From Candidatus Hydrogenedentota bacterium (GTDB lineage Bacteria; Hydrogenedentota; Hydrogenedentia; Hydrogenedentales; SLHB01), in assembly GCA_045863335.1 (NCBI GenBank), contig BTVY01000038.1, positions 1 through 64,000 of the forward strand: a stretch of 64,000 nucleotides of DNA. The letters run 5' to 3'. The translations under genes were made by a program, and so were the position numbers. The notes under the pieces were generated by a model. The model saw nothing but the letters and a program-made list of their open reading frames with translations. It did no database searches and was not told the DNA's origin. Below are positions 29,648 through 38,961 of this stretch, one piece after another. Position 1 is the first letter of the stretch. Every line of letters starts with the position of its first letter.

Positions 29648-30898
29648 CTACATTTTCCCGAAGCGATCGAAGAAATCCGGGAAGGTTTTGGAGACACAGC
29701 CCGGGTCGTTGATGACGACTCCGGGGATCCTCAGTCCCGCCATGGCAAAGCTCATGGCCATGCGGTGATCGTCGTAGGTATCGATTGCCGCCCCGCGCAA
29801 CACGCCCGGGCGAACGATGATGCCGTCGGCCAACTCCTCCGCATCCGCGCCGAGCTTGCGAAGTTCTGTGACGGTCGCGGCGATGCGGTCGGTTTCCTTG
29901 ATGCGCAAGTTGGCGACGTTGTGAATGCGGGTTTCGCCTTCGGCAAAGAGCGCCGTCACCGCGAGCGTCTGCGCCATGTCCGGCATGGCATTGAGGTCGA
30001 TATCGATTCCCCGGAGCGAACGACCGGATGTGACCTCAATCCAGTCCGGCCCCTCCTGAACGGAGCAGCCCATCTGTTCCAACACGTAGGCAAACTGCGC
30101 GTCGCCTTGGTGCGATTTGCTGGTCAGGTTTCGCACACGCACACGACCTCCGGCGATGGCAGGCGCGGCGAGGAAGTAGGAGGCGCCCGATGCGTCCGCT
30201 TCGATAGCGTAGGTGCCGGGCTTGTAGCGTTGGCCAGTTGGGCACGTGAAACTGCGGTATTCTTCATTGGCCGCGACAACGCCGCGCTCTTCCATCATGG
30301 CGAGCGTGAGGTCGATGTAGGGCTTGGAGACCAGGTCCCCTTCAATTCCGATGGTGATGGGCTCCGTCGCGTACGGCGCCACCATGAGCAAACCGGAGAG
30401 GTACTGGCTGCTCGCGGTTCCTTTTACTGTTGAGTACCCGCCAAAGCTTCCCCGGCCGGCGACGCGCAGGGGAGGGCATCCGGTCTCCGTCGCGGCGTGC
30501 ACGCCCCAGGCGCCAAGCGCCTCGATGAGGTCCACGATAGGCCGTTCCCGCATGCGCGTGGTGCCGTCGATAATGACGTCGCCTTCGACGGTGGCGCAGG
30601 CCGCCGCGAGGAAACGGACGGCGGTCCCCGAGTTCCCGAGAAACAGTGGTTTTGCTGGAGGCTTGAGACCGTCACTTTCCACACGCGTGACCGATCCGTC
30701 GCACTCGACCGATACGCCGAGCGCGCGCAGACCGTCCATCATGTAGTTTGAGTCGTCGCAGTCCGCGGGATCCTGCAACTCGGTGACGCCCAGGGTGAGG
30801 CCCGCCATGACCAGGGCGCGGGCGGTGCAACTCTTCGAGCCGGGTATCGTAACGGTCGCGTCCAGCCCCGACCGCGTGGCGATAATCTTTTCGTTCAT
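29648..30898 (-). CDS. aroA: 3-phosphoshikimate 1-carboxyvinyltransferase (EPSP synthase)
   Basis: PGSKS, GNSGTAVRF, SSQYLSGLL, LRIKETDRI, DDHRMAM and KTFPDF motifs. Confidence 0.96.
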   Translation of the reverse strand: MNEKIIATRSGLDATVTIPGSKSCTARALVMAGLTLGVTELQDPADCDDSNYMMDGLRALGVSVECDGSVTRVESDGLKPPAKPLFLGNSGTAVRFLAAACATVEGDVIIDGTTRMRERPIVDLIEALGAWGVHAATETGCPPLRVAGRGSFGGYSTVKGTASSQYLSGLLMVAPYATEPITIGIEGDLVSKPYIDLTLAMMEERGVVAANEEYRSFTCPTGQRYKPGTYAIEADASGASYFLAAPAIAGGRVRVRNLTSKSHQGDAQFAYVLEQMGCSVQEGPDWIEVTSGRSLRGIDIDLNAMPDMAQTLAVTALFAEGETRIHNVANLRIKETDRIAATVTELRKLGADAEELADGIIVRPGVLRGAAIDTYDDHRMAMSFAMAGLRIPGVVINDPGCVSKTFPDFFDRFGKM

Positions 30899-30902
30899 CG
30901 GA

Positions 30903-31682
30903 TTAGAATCGAACCTCAACACGGGTGCCGCGGGCCAACTGCAACTGCTCGCGCGCGCTGCCGCGGTGTACTGCGATTTCAAGATAGTCATTACTGCTGA
31001 AGAGGACCAATGCACGGCCCGGCGGCACGTCGCCGTAAGTTTCATGCATTTCCGTAAACCGGTGATGCCCCGCGCGAAGTTCGCTGAAGGCACGGCCGCC
31101 AAGGTCCGTCCGGTGAATGTTCGTAATCGCATTGCCGAAGCGGTCGATGTGCATAATCGCGCCCTCCAGATGGCCTTCGGGGTCCGTTGACAAGGCCGGT
31201 ATCTCCAGCATGGTCAACGTAGTCAGCTTCTCGCCGGCCATCTCCAGGGCTGCGCCCTGGGCGAGCCGGGCCGCCGCCGGTGCGAACATGTCGCGCCCAT
31301 GAAAGGTCGCGCTGATCGACGAACGCATGAACTCCGGGTTCGTGATGATCCGCGCTTCCCGGATGGGATAGTGGCGCGCGTACAGGGTCAGCAAGCCATT
31401 ATCGGGCAGCACGAATAACTGATCGCCGGCGGCGGCCACGATGGGTAGGCGCGATGTGCCCACGCCGGGATCGATGACGACACAATGGATTGTATTCTCT
31501 GGAAACAGTGGCGCGGCCGACGCGACAAACTGCGCCCCTTCAAAGACATCCTGCGGCGGGATCTCATGAGATAGATCGATGATGCGCACATCGGGACACA
31601 ACGACAGGATGACACCCTTCATCGATGCCACATACGGGTCCCGCGTTCCGAAATCGGTCGTTAGTGTAATGAGGCGTGACAT
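30903..31682 (-). CDS. SAM hydroxide adenosyltransferase (DUF62, chlorinase/fluorinase family)
   Basis: LTTDFG, DPGVGT-x-R, PDNG, TFHGRD and DRFGN motifs. Confidence 0.9.
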   Translation of the reverse strand: MSRLITLTTDFGTRDPYVASMKGVILSLCPDVRIIDLSHEIPPQDVFEGAQFVASAAPLFPENTIHCVVIDPGVGTSRLPIVAAAGDQLFVLPDNGLLTLYARHYPIREARIITNPEFMRSSISATFHGRDMFAPAAARLAQGAALEMAGEKLTTLTMLEIPALSTDPEGHLEGAIMHIDRFGNAITNIHRTDLGGRAFSELRAGHHRFTEMHETYGDVPPGRALVLFSSNDYLEIAVHRGSAREQLQLARGTRVEVRF

Positions 31683-31733
31683 GGCACCTTGTTCCTATCC
31701 CCCGGATATGCGCATCCGCACCGCAGGCTCGCC

Positions 31734-32660
31734 CTAGCCCTGAACTTCCGCGCACCGCGTGCAGTTTCGCCCGGCACCCTTGGCCGCATACAATGCGCCA
31801 TCCGCCGCCGCGATGATCTGTTCGATGGTGCGTCCGTGCGTGGGAAACTCGGCCAGCCCCTGGCTGATGGTTACGCTAAACGGAACGCCCTCATGCTCAA
31901 ACGGCAAAGCCGCGATTCGCTGTCGCAACGATTCCGCTTGGGCCGATGCTTCCTCCAGCGTCGTTCCAGGATAAAGAATGATGGCCTCGTCCCCGCCGTA
32001 GATTCCCGCACGGTCGCTCGGACGCAAGTTCGCCCGGATGGCCGCGCCCATCTCGCGAATGACCCGGCTGCCCTGAAGATGGCCATGCGTGTCGTTGACC
32101 TTTTTCAATCCGTCCAGGTCGGTCATGGCGAGCGTGAACTTCGTTCCCGTCCGGCCTTTGGCAATCTCATCCTGCAAATGCGGTTTGAAGGACTCCAGCG
32201 TCAGGAGGCCAGTCAAGTCGTTGTAATGGATTCGACGATGCACTTCCTGGTGAAACAGCGCGTCCATCTCGTCCTGCAGCATGAATTTCAAGACCACGTC
32301 GCCAAGCTGGATCTTGTCGTTGCTGTTCAGGCGCTCGGTCCGGATCGGCTGGTTGTTGACCCGTGTGCCGTTCATGCTGTTCAGATCAGCAATCTCGTAG
32401 TATTCGTCATCATCCTTCTTCACGAAAGTGATGCTGGCGTGCTGGCGCGACACTGACGGCAGGCCTATGGTGACGGTGGCATCAGGCGAACGACCAATGG
32501 AAATCTGCGTTTCCTTGATGGGAAACTCCCGTCCAATCTCCCACCCGGCAAGCACAATGAGACTCGCCCGCTGCCCTTCGTGCATCGCGCGGATCGCCGC
32601 CAACTCCTCCGCCAGGATGAGTTTCGTTGTGTCGCCGTCGGATTCTTTTTGCTTTTCCAT
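31734..32660 (-). CDS. FHA domain + GGDEF diguanylate cyclase-like protein
   Basis: FHA motifs IGRS, VSRQHA, DLNSMNGT; GGDEF domain DLDGLKKVNDTHGH, GGDEA, LYAAKGAGRN. Confidence 0.88.
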   Translation of the reverse strand: MEKQKESDGDTTKLILAEELAAIRAMHEGQRASLIVLAGWEIGREFPIKETQISIGRSPDATVTIGLPSVSRQHASITFVKKDDDEYYEIADLNSMNGTRVNNQPIRTERLNSNDKIQLGDVVLKFMLQDEMDALFHQEVHRRIHYNDLTGLLTLESFKPHLQDEIAKGRTGTKFTLAMTDLDGLKKVNDTHGHLQGSRVIREMGAAIRANLRPSDRAGIYGGDEAIILYPGTTLEEASAQAESLRQRIAALPFEHEGVPFSVTISQGLAEFPTHGRTIEQIIAAADGALYAAKGAGRNCTRCAEVQG

Positions 32661-32803
32661 GGTGCCTTGCGTCCACCGCTTCCGGCGTAATGATATCAAG
32701 GCGTCGCACGCCGCGCAATGATCGGGCGGATTGCGGCGGAATTCCGTTGCCGGGTATCGTGTTCAGGAGGTCTTTGACGAACGATGAGGGAATAGAAGGT
32801 GCC

Positions 32804-33124
32804 ATGCAATACGTGAAAATCGCCAAAGTGGCCGAGTTTGAGAAGCAGCGGTTCAAGAAGATCAAGCTCCTCGCCCGCAATGTGGCAATCTTCAAGGACC
32901 CTGACGGAACCTTCTTTGCCACTGAAATCAGTTGTAAACACCAGAACTGGGACCTCACGACCGGGACCTTCAAAGGAGACATTGTCACCTGTCCCCGGCA
33001 CCAATGGGTTTACAATATCCGCACCGGCCAATGCCTCACACATGACTCCACCCGGCTGCGGAAGTATGGCCTGAAGGTGGAAGGGGAGGATATCTTCATC
33101 ACCCTGACGCCCATCGAAGACTGA
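32804..33124 (+). CDS. Rieske-type [2Fe-2S] ferredoxin
   Basis: CKH…CPRH ligands; 106 aa. Confidence 0.88.
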   Translation: MQYVKIAKVAEFEKQRFKKIKLLARNVAIFKDPDGTFFATEISCKHQNWDLTTGTFKGDIVTCPRHQWVYNIRTGQCLTHDSTRLRKYGLKVEGEDIFITLTPIED

Positions 33125-33151
33125 CCGGGCGCCACCAGCGAGGGCCATGCA

Positions 33152-33229
33152 ATGTAGCGCAGGCGTCCTCGCCTGCAATGCATGACGCAGGACCCCATAA
33201 GAATGCAGGCGAGGACGCCTGCGCTACAT
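33152..33229. repeat. GTAG-headed REP doublet (inverted)
   Basis: atgtagcgcaggcgtcctcgcctgca and its reverse complement tgcaggcgaggacgcctgcgctacat between convergent genes. Confidence 0.85.
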
Positions 33230-33236
33230 TCGAGCC

Positions 33237-33920
33237 CTACGCCAGTACCAGGAACAGCACCAGTTCGATTTCCACCAGCAGATGCGCGAGGAAGGGTAGC
33301 AGGGCGTTCCGGCGGCGTAGCGCCCACGCGGTGAGAATCAGGGAGAAGACCACCATGCCGGCCGCTTCGATTGGCGCTTTTTGCAGGTGGTACACGCCTT
33401 CCGAAAACGGCACGATCAGCCAGCCGAACCGCGGCCACCGCGCCGCGAAAGGGCGCAGCAGAAAGTAGCGATGGATGAACTCCCAGCCAATCAGCCAGGA
33501 GAAGGTCCACAGCATGCCGCGCGCGATGATCTCCCACTTCTGCGGCCAGGGCAAGTCGCCGTACGAAGGGTAATACTCGCGTAAGCTCGGAAAGACATTG
33601 ATTGTCAGGACCGCCAGCAAGCCGACCGCCCCCAGTCCAAGCAGCAGCGCCCAGTCCCACCGTTTCCAACGCGAGACGCCGAAATAGCCCCAGTCCATCC
33701 CCTGCAGACTGACGACAAACGGCACGACGAACCACGCCACGAACTTGAACCAGTCGAATCCGTTGTCCGACGTCCACTGGAACACGCGCCAATCGATCGG
33801 AACGCGGACCCCCAACGCCGCAAGCGTGTCGACCAGCAATACCACGGCGACATACCCTGCAACCACGCAGAGGAGGAGGAAGGAGGGTTTCTTTTGGTCG
33901 GAAGTAGATTCCACAGGCAA
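33237..33920 (-). CDS. CPBP (Abi/CAAX) family intramembrane metalloprotease
   Basis: WEFIHR, YHLQK and AH motifs; multiple TM helices. Confidence 0.8.
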   Translation of the reverse strand: MPVESTSDQKKPSFLLLCVVAGYVAVVLLVDTLAALGVRVPIDWRVFQWTSDNGFDWFKFVAWFVVPFVVSLQGMDWGYFGVSRWKRWDWALLLGLGAVGLLAVLTINVFPSLREYYPSYGDLPWPQKWEIIARGMLWTFSWLIGWEFIHRYFLLRPFAARWPRFGWLIVPFSEGVYHLQKAPIEAAGMVVFSLILTAWALRRRNALLPFLAHLLVEIELVLFLVLA

Positions 33921-34009
33921 TTCCAGGTTCTAGCCGTCTCGGACCCAGATTGTGCGTTATGACAAGGACGCGCCGCAAGGTCATGCGATCAGAAAATCGA
34001 GCGAGCAAA

Positions 34010-34151
34010 GTAGGTCGGGAATGATTCCCGACCCGGGAATTCTGAGGCGCTCCGAAAGCCGGTCAGCCCGAATTTCAATGCGAGGACGAAGGCAAGGGCA
34101 GTCCTTGCATTGGCCGAGAACGGAACCGGACGGGAATCATTCCCGTCCTAC
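34010..34151. repeat. GTAG-headed REP doublet (inverted)
   Basis: gtaggtcgggaatgattcccgacc (34010-34033) and inverted copy ggacgggaatcattcccgtcctac (34128-34151). Confidence 0.85.
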
Positions 34152-35333
34152 TGTGCGCGATTCTGGCGCCTGCAATTTATTCAGCATGTCGCGCCATTCG
34201 GGATTATCCGGTTCGAGCGCGGCTCCCCTGCGCAGGATGTCCACCGCCATGGCCTCGTCCGCACCCGAGAAATACTCCACAGCGTTTCGCAGCACGCGCG
34301 GGTCGTCTCCATGCTCCTCGATGTTCTTGAGCCACAACTGTCGCGCCTTCTCATACGCTTCGCCGTCGAGAGGAAGCAACGGCCTAAGCATCAGCATGGT
34401 ATGACCCGGGGCGTGTTCGATCAGCCAGAGAGCGTGACGCCGGTAGTTCTCCACGAGAGCCTTTCGTTTTTCCGCATCGTCTTCGTCGTACTGCGCATCC
34501 TGGTAGTATGTAGCAAGAATCAGGCGCGTGTCGCGATCGTCAGGATGTTCCCTGATCCAGTTTTCCAGCGCCTGAACTTCGTCCGGCGTGCGCATTGTTC
34601 CCGCCACGTATAACAACGCATCGCGGATCTCTCCCAGTTCATCCCATTCCGACGCAATGAATACCGAGAAGCAGATAGGAATTGCCAAGTAGAGGAGTCC
34701 CGCGCCTACGTAATTGACGATCTCCAATCGACTTGGCCGGCATGAGCCGTTGGGAATCATACCTTGATCCAGGGCCTGTGAGTATTTTTTCTTTGCTCGC
34801 TCGTGAATGTCTCGGTGAACTTTGTACGACAAGAAGGCGGGGATGAGCAGCGCGGGCGCTGATGTCTTTGGGGTAACATTCAGAACGTACGCGCCGACAA
34901 CGTCGATCGTCATAAACGCCCCAATCCACCCGGCCAGTGCCCACAATCTGCCGTCTGACAATCCGCTGAACGCGACCCGATTCCGTCGAATCAGACGTTC
35001 GGCGAAGAAGTCCGTATGTTTGCGATGGTGTGCGTTTAGTATACGAATAAGTGGTATACCAACGACTACGCCCCATAGAATCCCGAACCACGGATCGGCG
35101 CCAAACGCCCATATCACAAGCCGCTCGGCAACACCGGGCGGTGACAACGTCGTGCTCTCGGCGGAAGCACGCTGATAGGTATCCCAGTCGAACAACGACA
35201 ACCGGGAAAGAAACACTGCCGGCATTAGCGATGCGATTAGCCCCACGTAAGTTATGCCGAAGGAAGAGAATGCGACCCACCCTATAGATGGAAGGTGCTT
35301 TCTATAAGGCAAGTTTTCCAACTTCGTTGCCAT
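34137..35333 (-). CDS. Hypothetical membrane protein with C-terminal TPR-like helical domain
   Basis: About 5 hydrophobic segments followed by helical repeats ending ALEPDNPEW; GAGG RBS. Confidence 0.65.
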   Translation of the reverse strand: MATKLENLPYRKHLPSIGWVAFSSFGITYVGLIASLMPAVFLSRLSLFDWDTYQRASAESTTLSPPGVAERLVIWAFGADPWFGILWGVVVGIPLIRILNAHHRKHTDFFAERLIRRNRVAFSGLSDGRLWALAGWIGAFMTIDVVGAYVLNVTPKTSAPALLIPAFLSYKVHRDIHERAKKKYSQALDQGMIPNGSCRPSRLEIVNYVGAGLLYLAIPICFSVFIASEWDELGEIRDALLYVAGTMRTPDEVQALENWIREHPDDRDTRLILATYYQDAQYDEDDAEKRKALVENYRRHALWLIEHAPGHTMLMLRPLLPLDGEAYEKARQLWLKNIEEHGDDPRVLRNAVEYFSGADEAMAVDILRRGAALEPDNPEWRDMLNKLQAPESRTVGRE

Positions 35334-35403
35334 AGAAATCCTCACCTCGCCAGACTAGCGACGCTTGCATTGCGCCGTTACCACGGCTTACTGTAAATAT
35401 ACT

Positions 35404-36285
35404 ATGGCCGATGCAGTAAGCAAGCCCGACGGAAAATCGCGACGTCCGCTCCGATTCGTGGCCCGGCTCATCGCAGTCTTGCTTCTCGCCCTCGTCGGGT
35501 TCTACGTCGTGTTCTTCTTCGCCCAAACTTCGCTCATCGCGCAGGGCGAACCGGGCATCACCATCACGCCGAAGGTACACGATTGGACCTACGAAGACGT
35601 CTCCGTCCGCGTCGGCGATGAGACGACGCATGCGTGGTTCTTACCCTTGGAAGGCGCGAAGGGGATTGTCCTCTATTGCCACGGGAACGGCGGGAACCTG
35701 TCCATGCATTTCCCCGCGACGGGGATGCACCGGGCGCTCGGGTTTTCGACGTTGATCTTCGATTACGGCGGGTTCGGCCGGAGCACGGGCGAGCCGACGG
35801 AGCAGCGCGTATACGCCGACGCGCGGGCCATGTGGAAATGGCTGACGGAGACCAAGGGCATCCCGCCCGACGACATCGTCATCTGGGGCACCTCCTTCGG
35901 CGGCGGCGTGGCGTGTCAACTTGCGACCGAAGTCGAAGCGGGCGCGCTGGTTCTGGAAAGCACCTACCTGTCCGTGCCCGAAGCTGCCAGCGATCACACG
36001 CCCGGTGTGCCCTGGGGATTGCTGATCCGGTATCACCTGTCGAACAAGAGTAAGATCGGTGAGGTCCACTGCCCAGTCCTGATCATCCACAGCAAGGACG
36101 ACACGCTGTTTCCCATCCGCCACGGGCGCGGCCTCTACGAATGCGCCAACGAACCGAAGTTGCTGGTGGAGACGCATGGCGACCATTACGACACGGGGAT
36201 CAACAAGGATAGATATATTCCGCCGATGACGGAGTTTTTGGATCGGTTTTTTGCCGCGGCCGATGCATCGACAAGCGAGGCTTGA
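35404..36285 (+). CDS. Membrane-anchored alpha/beta hydrolase (ABHD13/YfhR-like)
   Basis: HGNGGN, DYGGFGRSTGEP, GTSFGG, HSKDD and GDH motifs. Confidence 0.88.
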   Translation: MADAVSKPDGKSRRPLRFVARLIAVLLLALVGFYVVFFFAQTSLIAQGEPGITITPKVHDWTYEDVSVRVGDETTHAWFLPLEGAKGIVLYCHGNGGNLSMHFPATGMHRALGFSTLIFDYGGFGRSTGEPTEQRVYADARAMWKWLTETKGIPPDDIVIWGTSFGGGVACQLATEVEAGALVLESTYLSVPEAASDHTPGVPWGLLIRYHLSNKSKIGEVHCPVLIIHSKDDTLFPIRHGRGLYECANEPKLLVETHGDHYDTGINKDRYIPPMTEFLDRFFAAADASTSEA

Positions 36286-36402
36286 TGGACGATATGGACG
36301 TTATGGACAACATGGACAGCGTTCAGCGAAGACCAAGGTTGGCAGCAGGCTTTCCCTCGTCGCTCATTTGTCCATAGAGTCCATACTGTCCATATCGTCC
36401 AT
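36285..36402. repeat. 9-nt-period inverted tandem array (4x nnnATGGAC / 4x GTCCATnnn)
   Basis: atggac-gatatggac-gttatggac-aacatggac (36285-36317) and gtccataga-gtccatact-gtccatatc-gtccat (36370-36402). Confidence 0.82.
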
Positions 36403-36413
36403 AGCGAACTCCG

Positions 36414-37091
36414 CTACCGCGCGATCTTCCTTCCCTCGCGCGTGTCGGGGAACGGACACAAATCCCGCACCACACACTGCGAACACCTGGGGCTCCGCGC
36501 GTTGCACACGGCGCGGCCATGGAACACCATGCAATGCGAATACATCCGCCAGTGTTCGCGGGGCAGGAGCTTCATGATGTCCTGTTCGATTTTGTCGGGA
36601 TCGGACTTCGTCGTGAAGCCGAGCCGGTTGCTGAGGCGTTTGCAGTGGGTATCGACAATGACGCCGACCGGTTCAAAGCATTCCGCCATGAGCACGTTCG
36701 CCGTCTTGCGGCCCACGCCCCGCAGCTTGATCAATTCTTCCATGCTGCCCGGCACCTTGCCGCCGTGTTTCTCGACGAGATCGCGGCAGGCTTCGCGGAT
36801 GCTCTTCGCCTTCTGCCGGTAAAACCCGCAGGTACGGACGGCCTCTTCGAGTTCGCCCTCCGGCGCGTTCGCGAATTCCTTCGCGTTCTTGTACTGCTTG
36901 AAGAGCGACTTGGTGACGATGTTCACCCGCTCGTCCGTGCATTGGGCCGCGAGGATCGTTGACACCATGAGTTGCACGGGGTTCGTGTAGTCCAGCGAAC
37001 ACGTCGCGTCCGGGTACTCCGCTTCGAGTCGCTGCACGACCTCCAGCGCACGCTCCTTTTGTGCCGATACGGTCTTCTTAATGGCCGCCAT
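36414..37091 (-). CDS. nth: Endonuclease III
   Basis: LAAQCTD, HhH LRGVGRKTANV, VDTH and C-x6-C-x2-C-x5-C 4Fe-4S motif. Confidence 0.95.
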   Translation of the reverse strand: MAAIKKTVSAQKERALEVVQRLEAEYPDATCSLDYTNPVQLMVSTILAAQCTDERVNIVTKSLFKQYKNAKEFANAPEGELEEAVRTCGFYRQKAKSIREACRDLVEKHGGKVPGSMEELIKLRGVGRKTANVLMAECFEPVGVIVDTHCKRLSNRLGFTTKSDPDKIEQDIMKLLPREHWRMYSHCMVFHGRAVCNARSPRCSQCVVRDLCPFPDTREGRKIAR

Positions 37092-37098
37092 CGTTTCC

Positions 37099-38799
37099 TT
37101 ACCTCTTCCGCCATTTCAGCAACTTGTCCGCGGGCATACAGTTGATCAGATTCTCCGGTTCCAGCCAACCCTTCCGCGCGATGCCGACGCCGTACTTTAC
37201 GTGATCGATCCCTTCGACCCGGTGCGCGTCCGGACCGATGCTGAACAGGAGTCCCTTTTCCTTTGCGCGCTTGATATAGCGCCAATCCAAGTCGAGCCGA
37301 TGGGGATTCGCATTGATCTCGATGGCTACGTTGTTGGCGAGGCAGGCGTCGAAGACCTTTTCGTAGTCGAGCGGATACCCGTCGCGCGACAGCAGCAGCC
37401 GGCCCGTGGGATGACCGAGTATGCTGGTGTACGGATTCTCCACGGCTTTCACCACACGCTTCGTAGCCTCGGCCTCGCTCATGTCCAACTTGCTGTGCAC
37501 AGACGCCACGATAAACTCGAAGGTCTTCAACACGTCTTCGTCATAGTCCAGGGAACCATCGGATCGGATATCCGATTCAATCCCTTTGAAGATGCGGAAC
37601 CCCTTCATCTTCTTGTTCAACGCGTCGATCTCTTCGTGCTGTTTCTGGACCCGAACCGGGGTCAGTCCGCCCGCGTATGCTGCCGATTGGCTGTGGTCAG
37701 CGAGGATCATGTATTTGAAACCGCGTTCCCTGGCCGCTTCAGCCATGTGTTGGATGCTGTCGTGTCCGTCGCTGTAGGTCGAATGACAGTGAATGAGTCC
37801 GATCAGATCGTCTTGCTCGACGAGATTCGGGATATTCTCTACATCCAGTTCGCCCATGTCCTCGCGCAGCTCCGGCGGGATGTACGGCAGCTTGAGTTCC
37901 TTGAAGATGGCGGCCTCGTCCTTGCACTTCACGTTTTTCTCGCCGCGGAACAGACCGTACTCGTTCATTTTCAGGTCCATATCCTTGGCGCGCTGCCGCA
38001 TGGCAACATTGTGTTCCTTGCTGCCCGTGAAGTGGTGGAGCGCGTAGGGGAACTCCTCGTCGGAAACCACGCGCAGGTCGGCGGCGATTCCGGATTTCAG
38101 GATGACGCTCGATTTCGTGTCGCCATGGCCTGTCACGCGTTCCACGTTCTCGGCCTTCACGAACCGCTTCATCAGTTTCTCCGGGTGCTTGGAAGACGCC
38201 AGGATGTCGATGTCCTTGATGATTTCCTTCTTTCGCCGCAGGCTGCCCGCGATTTCGATACGGATGACCGACTTGTCTTCGGCAAGGTAGTCGCGCAGGG
38301 ATGCCGCCTCGTCCCACGCGCGGTTGAAGAGATACAGGCCCTGGTGTTTCTTGACCAGCGCGATGCCATCGAGGATCTTCTGGCGCATCTTCTCCCCGAA
38401 GCCCTTCAGGTCCTTCATCTTGTCATCGGCGCAGGCCTCCTCGAGTTGGACGAGCGATTCGACGCCGAGTTCCTCGTATAGCTGTTTGATTCGTTTCGCG
38501 CCAAGGCCGGGGATGCCAAACAATTCGAAGAGCGTGTCGGGAAACTTGGCGCGGAGTTCCTGGTGGTATTCGAGTTTGCCGGTCGTGACCAGTTCCTCGA
38601 TCTTCTGTTCGAGCGCGTCGCCGACGCCTTTGATCTCCCGCAGCCGTTTCTCTTTGACCAGTGTTTCGAGGTCGTCTTCGTGCTGCTCGAGCGCCCGTGC
38701 GACGTTTTCGTAGGACCGCGACTTGAACGGATTCTCGCCGGACAGCTCCAGGAGTATTGCGATTTCTTCGAGAACCTTTGCGACGTCTTTTTTGTTCAT
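37099..38799 (-). CDS. polX: DNA polymerase/3'-5' exonuclease PolX (PolX + PHP)
   Basis: GENPFK, AGSLRR…DIDIL, FTGSKEHN; PHP motifs HCHSTYSDG, DHS, HPTGR and DAH. Confidence 0.95.
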   Translation of the reverse strand: MNKKDVAKVLEEIAILLELSGENPFKSRSYENVARALEQHEDDLETLVKEKRLREIKGVGDALEQKIEELVTTGKLEYHQELRAKFPDTLFELFGIPGLGAKRIKQLYEELGVESLVQLEEACADDKMKDLKGFGEKMRQKILDGIALVKKHQGLYLFNRAWDEAASLRDYLAEDKSVIRIEIAGSLRRKKEIIKDIDILASSKHPEKLMKRFVKAENVERVTGHGDTKSSVILKSGIAADLRVVSDEEFPYALHHFTGSKEHNVAMRQRAKDMDLKMNEYGLFRGEKNVKCKDEAAIFKELKLPYIPPELREDMGELDVENIPNLVEQDDLIGLIHCHSTYSDGHDSIQHMAEAARERGFKYMILADHSQSAAYAGGLTPVRVQKQHEEIDALNKKMKGFRIFKGIESDIRSDGSLDYDEDVLKTFEFIVASVHSKLDMSEAEATKRVVKAVENPYTSILGHPTGRLLLSRDGYPLDYEKVFDACLANNVAIEINANPHRLDLDWRYIKRAKEKGLLFSIGPDAHRVEGIDHVKYGVGIARKGWLEPENLINCMPADKLLKWRKR

Positions 38800-38961
38800 C
38801 GATCTCTCGTGCGTAATGGCCGGAACCGTGGCCGGTATTGTGTGGGATGGACTGCGTCGAATCTACCGCAAACGGTGTCGAAAACCAAACTGCGGTCACC
38901 GCGGTCTAGCAGATGAGCATCGTTTCGTTAAGGTGCCGCAGGGCAGTGGAGTATTCGTAGT

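Noticed and set aside
29105-30433. ORFs with repeated peptides (PKSSRCLGHP, TSKTWAG)
   Set aside because: Translations of the 32-bp DNA repeat and of the aroA antisense strand.
30903-31682. Fluorinase/chlorinase as a halogenation partner of the NRPS
   Set aside because: It retains the DUF62 hydrolase-type D/R/H motifs, sits next to aroA and is 13 kb from the NRPS.
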